51,088 nt of DNA. It comes from a virus. Both the position numbers and the translations under genes were made by a program. The notes under the pieces were generated by a model. The model was given only the letters and a program-made list of their open reading frames with translations. It had not been told where the DNA came from and did not search any database. The stretch is from positions 1-51,088 of the IMG/VR virus record IMGVR_UViG_3300039098_000044. The stretch is one strand, 5' to 3'. Shown here piece after piece: positions 44,451 through 51,088 of the stretch (position 1 is its first letter; each line of letters opens with the position of its first letter).

Positions 44451-45407
44451 ATGCCAGCAGAGTATCTAAAGCAGTCATTAATACATCTTTTAAATATCCA
44501 AAGCTTTTCAAAAGAAGAAACTAAAGTTCAAGAATTTGTTATAGAACATTTAGTTAAATTTGGTTTCAAAGTACAAATGGATAATATCGGTAATGTATAT
44601 GCAACTCGTGGAGAAACAGAATCTTACCCATTACTCAACGCACACATGGACTCTGTTAAGGGCTCATTTGGGCAAAGTAAAATCTTCAGAAGTTATTATG
44701 ACAATTGTAGAGATTGTGGTTACAGCGATGCTGGGACAAAGCCATTCTGTTATATTAAGAATGAAGTAGTTAAATACCTCACAGCTCAGAATTGTCCAAA
44801 ATATATTCACTTCGATGACTATGAAAAACAATATGGATATAAAGTTGGCGGTGAAGAAGAAGAACAGGAAGAAGAGGTTAAACTATTCGAACTGTATTAC
44901 AACTCAAAAACAAAACAAATCACTAGCAATAAAGTGAGACCAATGGGTGGCGATGATAAATGTGGAATAGCAATTGCACTAGACATTGCCAAGTCAACAG
45001 ACATCCCAATGAAAATACTATTTACAGTACAAGAAGAAATAGGTTGTGTAGGCTCAGAATATGCAATGAAGGCATACCCAACATTCTTCGATGATTGTGC
45101 TTATGGAATAACAATAGATAGACGAGGTGGTAATCACATATGTGTAACTACTGGCTCAGAAAGAAACGCTAATAACTACTTCATAGCTGAATTAGCTAAG
45201 TGGGCTGTTATTAGTGGAATCATGCCAGCATTTGAACGAGGTTTAATGAGTGATAATTACAACCTTAAATATCTAGTGCCAAACTTTATCAATGTATCTG
45301 GTGGTTACTATGATGCGCATAGAGACAGCGAATATATTAAATATGATGAAGTAAAACTCATAAGAACTTGGATAAAAAACTTTATATTAAAAAGTGATTT
45401 TGAATAA
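44451..45407 (+). CDS. M42/M20-like metallopeptidase
   Basis: LLNAHMDSV, MGGDDKCGIAIAL and FTVQEEIGCVGS metal-ligand-type motifs in the canonical order. Confidence 0.55.
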   Translation: MPAEYLKQSLIHLLNIQSFSKEETKVQEFVIEHLVKFGFKVQMDNIGNVYATRGETESYPLLNAHMDSVKGSFGQSKIFRSYYDNCRDCGYSDAGTKPFCYIKNEVVKYLTAQNCPKYIHFDDYEKQYGYKVGGEEEEQEEEVKLFELYYNSKTKQITSNKVRPMGGDDKCGIAIALDIAKSTDIPMKILFTVQEEIGCVGSEYAMKAYPTFFDDCAYGITIDRRGGNHICVTTGSERNANNYFIAELAKWAVISGIMPAFERGLMSDNYNLKYLVPNFINVSGGYYDAHRDSEYIKYDEVKLIRTWIKNFILKSDFE

Positions 45408-45414
45408 AGGTAGC

Positions 45415-45443
45415 TTGACATAGCGCTCAATATATGTTATAAT
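45415..45443 (+). promoter_or_regulatory. consensus sigma70 promoter with extended -10
   Basis: TTGACA, 17-nt spacer, TGtTATAAT; 37 nt upstream of the HNH gene. Confidence 0.65.
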
Positions 45444-45479
45444 ATAAGTATAATACAATCATTATAACGAGGTGAAATT

Positions 45480-45974
45480 ATGAGTGAAATATGGAAGGTT
45501 ATAAATGGATATGAAAAATATGAAATATCTAATATTGGAAACGTTAGAAAAGGAAAATTATTATTATCACCGCAGGTAAATCAATGTGGATATATAGTAA
45601 TAAGATTAACAAAGAATAAAAAAAGATATCATAATAGTATCCACAGACTAGTTGCTATTGCATTTATACCAAACATAGACAACCTAAAAGAAGTAAATCA
45701 TATAGATGGAAACAAATTAAATAATGATTATACAAACTTAGAGTGGTCAAGTAGGTCGAAAAATATACAACATGCATATGATACTGGCCTGAAAATAGCA
45801 TTATCAGGTATAAATCACCCACAAGTAACATTAAGCAAAGAAATTTGTTTAAAAATACAAGATGATTTAAACGAAGGAAAATTATCAAAAACTAATATAG
45901 CAAAAAAGTATAATACAAATAGAAAACTAGTGTATAATATACAACATAAAATACATTGGTCAATGAGGGATTAA
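45480..45974 (+). mobile_element. free-standing HNH homing endonuclease (NUMOD4-like N-terminus plus HNH)
   Basis: EIWKVINGYEKYEISNIGNVRK and VNHIDGNKLNNDYTNLEW. Confidence 0.75.
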
Positions 45975-46190
45975 ATGAGACTATTCAGAGCCCGAGTACC
46001 ACCTCACAAAGTATTTATAGATAGAGAGACCTTGAGGAAACTTTACGTAGATGAAAATCTTAGTACCTTAGAGATAGCAAAGAAACTTTCCATATCACGA
46101 GTCACTCTTCTCAGATTATTAAAACAGGAACGACTCAGCAGGAGGATTGATAACCTTGTTGATATTCATCTCAAACCAAATGATGACTAA
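45975..46190 (+). CDS. small helix-turn-helix protein
   Basis: LSTLEIAKKLSISRVTLLRLLKQ; start abuts the HNH stop (TAAATG). Confidence 0.55.
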   Translation: MRLFRARVPPHKVFIDRETLRKLYVDENLSTLEIAKKLSISRVTLLRLLKQERLSRRIDNLVDIHLKPNDD

Positions 46191-46653
46191 AGCAACTCAA
46201 AAGTTAATAAACCTATTCGACATGACCTACATCTCAGTGGGAATTGCAGAAGGCAAGTTATGGCGAGTAGGTAAAGATACATTCCATACCCAAGGCTTAA
46301 AGCGTTGGGGAGGAAACAACGTATTTGGTATTATATTTTCTATACCAAATGATCAACTTCATATAAGAGAGTTGGATGCTTATTATAATTGCTCACTTAG
46401 TGCACTGCTAAAAAATCATATTCGTGATATGAATCACCGCAAAACAATTAATGTGATTCCCATAGACCCAGTAGATTTACACAATTTAGCAACACACCAG
46501 TACACTCTATCAGACCCTATCGAGGTCTGGGCTTGGTTGGGAAACAAAAATAACCAATCAATAAAAAATAGAATAAAGTACGACTCCAACAGAATAACGC
46601 ACGGAGCAAACGTGGAAGCAATAAAACAAGCATTTCAACCTTTAAATAACTAA
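46180..46653 (+). CDS. hypothetical protein (possibly gamma-glutamyl cyclotransferase-like)
   Basis: First ATG of the ORF; weak resemblance only (G.L..V......V.G....P...L..LD.YY). Confidence 0.3.
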   Translation: MMTKATQKLINLFDMTYISVGIAEGKLWRVGKDTFHTQGLKRWGGNNVFGIIFSIPNDQLHIRELDAYYNCSLSALLKNHIRDMNHRKTINVIPIDPVDLHNLATHQYTLSDPIEVWAWLGNKNNQSIKNRIKYDSNRITHGANVEAIKQAFQPLNN

Positions 46654-46696
46654 TGCCAAAATGGCATAAACCAATTGTATCCTAGGAGGAACAATC

Positions 46697-47158
46697 ATGA
46701 ATTTAAGAGAATTAGCAGTAGCAGTAAAAGCATTAAAAGTAGCAACTGGAAATGCAACTGATGGCTTAATCATTGGTGTTGATACACTTTCTGGTGGCCC
46801 TTACACAGGAGACCTTCCAGCAGTAGGATCAATCCTTAAAATGGCTGGTGGAAAAACAAAAGTTGTTGTGGATGCAATCGCTTATGGCGATCACAACAAT
46901 GATGGTAACTTCTACCCAGGAACAAACAGACTTGTATTAGTTGAGTTTGACCCTGAAACATTAGAAATCACTGGCGACAGAACAAATGCAGCATTCAAAT
47001 CAATTAACAAAGCTCAAAACTTGGGTATGATTTTTGATTATGTTGTAGCACGTGAAGAAGAAATCTTCGCAGCTTCTGAGGCAGCTCAAGCAGCAGCAGA
47101 TAAAGCTAGAAGAAATGCTGAAGCAGCAGCTACAAAAGCAAACATGGCAAGCTTCTAA
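46697..47158 (+). CDS. hypothetical 153-aa protein with Ala-rich C-terminal helix
   Basis: SD taggagg; followed by its own terminator. Confidence 0.65.
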   Translation: MNLRELAVAVKALKVATGNATDGLIIGVDTLSGGPYTGDLPAVGSILKMAGGKTKVVVDAIAYGDHNNDGNFYPGTNRLVLVEFDPETLEITGDRTNAAFKSINKAQNLGMIFDYVVAREEEIFAASEAAQAAADKARRNAEAAATKANMASF

Positions 47159-47173
47159 TCAGAGCTTGATTCA

Positions 47174-47203
47174 GGGCTGACTTCGGTTAGCCCAATTTTA
47201 TTA
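47174..47203 (+). terminator. rho-independent terminator with UUCG loop
   Basis: GGGCTGAC ttcg GTTAGCCC followed by aattttattatt. Confidence 0.7.
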
Positions 47204-47228
47204 TTGGTAAATTGTTAGGAGACTGATT

Positions 47229-47426
47229 ATGTTTAAAGAAGATGATAATGTTATAATTAAAAATGGTTCTTATAAAGGAACTATTGGAAAAATAAATGCA
47301 ATGGGAGAACAACTATGTTCTATTAAAACAGATGATGGATCACTTTGCATATTAATTAAAAACATAGAAAAATATTATACTTCTATAATATGTAAAAGAC
47401 TCATATCAGCCTCGAAAGGAAGATAA
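47229..47426 (+). CDS. small SH3/KOW-like protein, tail family member 6
   Basis: MFKEDDNVIIKNGSYKGTIGKI N-terminus; C-terminus TSIICKRLISASKGR. Confidence 0.7.
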   Translation: MFKEDDNVIIKNGSYKGTIGKINAMGEQLCSIKTDDGSLCILIKNIEKYYTSIICKRLISASKGR

Positions 47427-47428
47427 TC

Positions 47429-47791
47429 ATGGCTTACATTGAAAAAACTAGATTTTATCAAAACTCAACAGAAGCCCCAACTAAAACTAAATTTGGTTTT
47501 AAAGCATCATATATAAAACCAAAACAACTTACGTGGGCCGAAAAGCTTGCTCAGAAGTATGAGGGTGATTGGTTTGAATATAAATACACAGCATTTTGGT
47601 TTAGTGAAAATCCAAAACATTATACAGTTAAATTAGTTGCTGATGAAGGTATATTACAATTAGTATCAGAAGATGAAGAATATATTAGTGCTTTTTATAC
47701 TAAAAGTGATTATGACCTTATTATTATTTTAAAAAATCTAATTAAAATATCAATAATAAAAACAAGATTAAGAAATACAATACATCGCTGA
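47429..47791 (+). CDS. small protein, tail family member 7 (different N-terminal domain)
   Basis: C-terminus ISIIKTRLRNTIHR; stop followed by the hairpin CGCT gatat AGCG. Confidence 0.6.
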   Translation: MAYIEKTRFYQNSTEAPTKTKFGFKASYIKPKQLTWAEKLAQKYEGDWFEYKYTAFWFSENPKHYTVKLVADEGILQLVSEDEEYISAFYTKSDYDLIIILKNLIKISIIKTRLRNTIHR

Positions 47792-47808
47792 TATAGCGGG
47801 AGAACTAA

Positions 47809-48522
47809 ATGAATTTATTAGAAATGTTAAACGAAGATTTAAATACCGATAGCAACTCAAATGAACGACCAGGGTTCACTAAGTTTGAAGTAGGCGATAC
47901 ATTAATCACTGTATTGGCTATTGGAACACCTAGATGGACACACTTCATTAAATCTGCTGGCAAATTAACAGTTAACTGCCCAGGTCAGAATTGTCCTGTA
48001 TGTTCTATCATTAGAGCTGCTAAAAAGAACGACCAAAAAACAGACCATAAATCAACTAAGAAGTATGGTATGTTAGTATATAATCACAACTCAGGTGAAC
48101 TAGAAATCTTAGACCAAAAGATTACCTTCATCAGAAACTTCCAAAGTATGTTGCAAGAATTGAAAGAAGACGCTGCTGAAGCTATTATGGAAGAAAATCA
48201 AGAATTAACTAAAGAAGAAGCTATGGAAAAAGTAGATACTAGCGTTTATGATCCCACTCAATTCGTAACAAGAATTAGAAGAAAAGGTACTGGAATGAAT
48301 GATACTGAGTATTCTTTTAAGAAGGCTCCTAAGTCAAATCAAAAACCAACACCAGAGGACATTGTTGAGAAAGCTAACGAACTTAATATTAATGAATTAT
48401 GGTTAGTGTTAGACAATGATCAATTAAAACAATTATTAGCTGGAAAAACTCTTAAAGAAATTTTTAATCCTGAAGAAGCTGACGAAGAATCTGATGGACT
48501 TGGAGTAGACTTTACAAAATAA
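47809..48522 (+). CDS. ssDNA-binding protein-like (zinc-finger type, acidic tail)
   Basis: NCPGQNCPVCS Cys cluster and acidic C-terminus EEADEESDGLGVDF; lies in the replication module. Confidence 0.4.
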   Translation: MNLLEMLNEDLNTDSNSNERPGFTKFEVGDTLITVLAIGTPRWTHFIKSAGKLTVNCPGQNCPVCSIIRAAKKNDQKTDHKSTKKYGMLVYNHNSGELEILDQKITFIRNFQSMLQELKEDAAEAIMEENQELTKEEAMEKVDTSVYDPTQFVTRIRRKGTGMNDTEYSFKKAPKSNQKPTPEDIVEKANELNINELWLVLDNDQLKQLLAGKTLKEIFNPEEADEESDGLGVDFTK

Positions 48523-48534
48523 GTAGGTGAAATA

Positions 48535-48918
48535 ATGGGAGATAAATTATCAAATTCAATTGAAGCGAAAGAAATAGTTTTGTATTATTATGAGATGCTA
48601 GAGTCACAAGTTGACAAATCAATAGCTCGATATATAAATATGGCAAAACATTTATTAAAGACATACTCAAAAGAAGAAGTGCTTTATACAATAGACCATT
48701 GTGTTAAACATCAACCTTCTGGGGGCATGTATAGTTTTGGATTCATTGGAACAATGATAGAAGAAATATCTGCCCAATATAGATCAGATGTAGCAAAAGA
48801 AATAATCAAGAAGGCTGAAGCTAACTCAAAAGAAATTGGTGAATTGCCCAAGGCTTCTGATAACTCTAAGAAACTTAAAAATTTCGGTATCAAAAAGGAG
48901 TTTGATTGGGATGCGTAA
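48535..48918 (+). CDS. hypothetical replication-module protein
   Basis: SD taggtga; position before the helicase. Confidence 0.55.
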   Translation: MGDKLSNSIEAKEIVLYYYEMLESQVDKSIARYINMAKHLLKTYSKEEVLYTIDHCVKHQPSGGMYSFGFIGTMIEEISAQYRSDVAKEIIKKAEANSKEIGELPKASDNSKKLKNFGIKKEFDWDA

Positions 48919-49177
48919 AGATTTAAATAAAATGGAACACCTCGAAGTATTAGCAGTAGGAAGTAAATTTTATGCTTCTGATGTAAACAAATATATGGTT
49001 TGTAAAAATAAATATCCAACTGTAATAAACATATATACTGACGAATGTTTTCAAAACTTTGAAAAAACAATAAAATGTAACAGCAATTGGTTTAACTCAT
49101 TTAAAAATAAATTTTATAATATGGGAAGTGTATCAATAATCCGCATCAAGCTCAATCAGGCTGCTCAACGCCAATAG
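48911..49177 (+). CDS. small protein, tail family member 8
   Basis: ATG 48911 overlaps the upstream stop; C-terminus VSIIRIKLNQAAQRQ. Confidence 0.65.
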   Translation: MRKDLNKMEHLEVLAVGSKFYASDVNKYMVCKNKYPTVINIYTDECFQNFEKTIKCNSNWFNSFKNKFYNMGSVSIIRIKLNQAAQRQ

Positions 49178-49187
49178 GCGGAGGGAT

Positions 49188-50546
49188 ATTATCAGCAATA
49201 TAACGGCTGCTGCATCTGAGCGGCAAATATTAGGAATCTGCATACAGAACCCAGATAAAATAGTTAACTGCGAATCAGAAGGATTAATTTATGATCACTT
49301 CGGAATTGAAGCAAACAAATATATTTATATGGTTTGTATGTATTTATATGGTAAAAAACTCAAACCAACCCCAGCAATGATTCTAGAAGTCCTACCAAGC
49401 GATAGAGCTAAGAAAGCTGTTGAAGAAGTAGGTGGACTTGAATACTTAATGGGCTTTGATAGAGTTAGAGTTAAGTCTGAAAATATAGTAATGTATATTG
49501 AGAAGATAAGACAAGCACATACTCGTAGAGAAATCATAAGGATATGTGAAGAAACAACTAAAAAAATGGAAGATGATTCTGCAAATGTTCTTAACCCTGC
49601 AGAGCTTATATCAGTCGTTGATAAAAAACTAACTGACATTAATGTAGGTAGTGCATTATCAAGTGACGTCTACAAAATAGGTGATGACACAGATAGAATA
49701 CTCGCGGAAAGGGCTGAAACCCCAAATGCAATACCAGGACTAGAAGTAGGCTTTCCTAAGTTTGATAGAATAACTAATGGAGGACAACCAGGAGATTTAA
49801 TCTTTGTGGCTGCTCGTGCTAAAACTGGTAAATCAGTATCACTAACTAATTGGGCAGTTAAGCTAGGACTAATAGATAAACTACCAATTCTATATATAGA
49901 CACTGAAATGGACTCTCGTGAGAATGAGGATAGGATAATAGCATTATTAACCGGAATACCTCACAGCGAGATAGTATCAGGGCTTTATATGTTAGACACT
50001 GAATATGGAACCTCAGAAGAGAAATTAGATAAAATAGCTGAAGCTAAACAAATCATGAAAGATGGTAATCTATATCATATATATATGCCAGGATTTACTT
50101 TAGAGAAAGTAGTAGCTATTACTAGACAATTTCAAATGCAACATGGAATAGTAGCATTATTCTTTGACTACTTAAAATTCCCTGCATCTGAAATGGCAAC
50201 ATTAAAAACAGTTCAAGAATGGCAAATGTTAGGATTCTTAGCAAGTGGATTAAAAGACCTTGCTGGAATATTAAAGATTCCTGTTTACAGTGCTGTTCAA
50301 GAAAATAGAAGTGGAATAGATACCCAAAGAAAGAATGCTGGGAACATAGCTGGCTCAGATAGAATACTTCAACTTGCAACTAAGTTAATATTCTTGTACA
50401 ATAAAGACCCTGAAGAGATAGCTAAACATGGGCCTGACGCAGGCAATCAATGGTTATATATAGCATTTCAAAGGAATGGTGAGAGTGACGTTGATCCAAT
50501 TCCATTAAGATTTTATAAAAATATATTAAGGCAGGTGGAAGTCTAA
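49188..50546 (+). CDS. dnaB: replicative DNA helicase (DnaB-type); start upstream of first ATG
   Basis: N-terminal AASERQILGICIQNPDKI lies upstream of ATG 49329; Walker A ARAKTGKS, Walker B-like VALFFDYL; the only in-frame starts after SD GGAGGG are ATT, ATC or ATA. Confidence 0.75.
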   Translation: MISNITAAASERQILGICIQNPDKIVNCESEGLIYDHFGIEANKYIYMVCMYLYGKKLKPTPAMILEVLPSDRAKKAVEEVGGLEYLMGFDRVRVKSENIVMYIEKIRQAHTRREIIRICEETTKKMEDDSANVLNPAELISVVDKKLTDINVGSALSSDVYKIGDDTDRILAERAETPNAIPGLEVGFPKFDRITNGGQPGDLIFVAARAKTGKSVSLTNWAVKLGLIDKLPILYIDTEMDSRENEDRIIALLTGIPHSEIVSGLYMLDTEYGTSEEKLDKIAEAKQIMKDGNLYHIYMPGFTLEKVVAITRQFQMQHGIVALFFDYLKFPASEMATLKTVQEWQMLGFLASGLKDLAGILKIPVYSAVQENRSGIDTQRKNAGNIAGSDRILQLATKLIFLYNKDPEEIAKHGPDAGNQWLYIAFQRNGESDVDPIPLRFYKNILRQVEV

Positions 50547-50794
50547 TGAGAATTCGTGGAATTAATTATACAATTGGAGAAAAACTTATATTCAATGAAC
50601 GAGAATGTATAGTAGTTTCATTTGATGAAATGGATAATTGGGAACCAATGTTAGTTCGATATACAGATGGTTCTATTGATGCAGACAACTATCAGGTTTG
50701 GGTTGACACTGACGATTTTGATTGTGAAGCTATACAAAAACCTTATATGTCATCAATCAATAAAAGATTATTAAAAGCAGCACGCCATGAATAA
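50546..50794 (+). CDS. small protein, tail family member 9
   Basis: ATGA overlap with the dnaB stop; C-terminus MSSINKRLLKAARHE; overlaps the primase ATG. Confidence 0.7.
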   Translation: MRIRGINYTIGEKLIFNERECIVVSFDEMDNWEPMLVRYTDGSIDADNYQVWVDTDDFDCEAIQKPYMSSINKRLLKAARHE

Positions 50795-51088
50795 CATCAA
50801 GTTTATAAAATCAAAAGCTGACATCAAGGCTATATTAGACTACTTAGGGGTTGACATTATAGAAAATGGTGATAGCTATCGTTCGTCTTGCCCAATCCAC
50901 CAGGGCAGTAATAAAAGTGCATTTGATATAAATGCTGATACAGGAATGTGGTTCTGTCATACTAAATGTAAGCATGGAGGAGACATAATCGAGCTCGTAC
51001 AAAGCGTTATGAAGATATCATTCTTCGATGCGTGCAAGCTCATAGCTGATGTATCAGGGTTTAATATAGACGAAATCAAATTCACTAA
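50787..51088 (+). CDS. dnaG: DNA primase N-terminal zinc-finger part (continues at position 6)
   Basis: CHC2-type finger SSCPIHQGSNKSAFDINADTGMWFCHTKC; ORF is open to the window end. Confidence 0.85.
   Translation, partial: MNNIKFIKSKADIKAILDYLGVDIIENGDSYRSSCPIHQGSNKSAFDINADTGMWFCHTKCKHGGDIIELVQSVMKISFFDACKLIADVSGFNIDEIKFT
51004..51088. repeat. 85-bp copy of 1..85 (circular-assembly overlap)
   Basis: Verbatim identity with the first 85 nt. Confidence 0.9.

Noticed and set aside
758-50794. The conserved family tail as a DNA- or RNA-level element (promoter, terminator or TURBS-like site) rather than a peptide
   Set aside because: Aligned positions differ mostly at synonymous or conservative codon positions (Leu ctc/ctt/cta/tta, Lys/Arg aaa/aag/aga, Ala gct/gca/gcc). 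The nucleotide identity is too patchy for a nucleic-acid motif.
1-51088. CRISPR arrays, integrase/repressor lysogeny module, reverse transcriptase (DGR or retron)
   Set aside because: There are no regularly spaced repeat-spacer arrays. No tyrosine or serine recombinase motifs and no YxDD reverse-transcriptase motif were seen in any ORF.

Overview
The window appears to be a complete, circularly closed genome of about 51.0 kb from a tailed dsDNA phage. The first 85 nt are repeated verbatim as the last 85 nt, inside one primase reading frame. The DNA is AT-rich, has GGAGG-type Shine-Dalgarno sites (Firmicutes-like host) and uses the standard code: TAA, TAG and TGA all terminate ORFs. No integrase or repressor was recognised. 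Layout: (i) a plus-strand replication and nucleotide-metabolism module wraps the junction (47229..51088 plus 1..8218). It holds an SSB-like protein, DnaB-type helicase, DnaG-type primase, P-loop kinase, DnaE-type Pol III alpha, a Cas4/RecB-like nuclease, a metallophosphoesterase and RusA. (ii) Small plus-strand genes and an orphan C5 methyltransferase occupy 8228..12215. (iii) One minus-strand late operon (33846 down to 12248) runs TerS, five small paralogous ORFs, TerL, portal, scaffold, capsid, repeat protein, tail proteins, M15 peptidase, 495-aa and 1772-aa virion proteins, and an XhlA-like lysis protein. (iv) An 810-bp divergent control region (33847..34656) contains a G+C-rich structured island. 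(v) Plus-strand early small genes fill 34657..41353, including a radical-SAM protein. (vi) A 1.56-kb RNA island (41354..42911) holds three canonical tRNAs (Phe, Trp, Tyr), several non-canonical tRNA-like elements and flanking structured non-coding sequence. (vii) Miscellaneous enzymes lie at 42939..47158 (M42-like peptidase, HNH homing endonuclease). The most unusual signal is a family of 9-10 small proteins that share a C-terminal peptide (S-[LI]-I-x-x-[KR]-L-x-x-A-[AS]-Q). They alternate one-for-one with the replisome genes. Functional calls rest on motifs read by eye and on synteny; no database search was possible.
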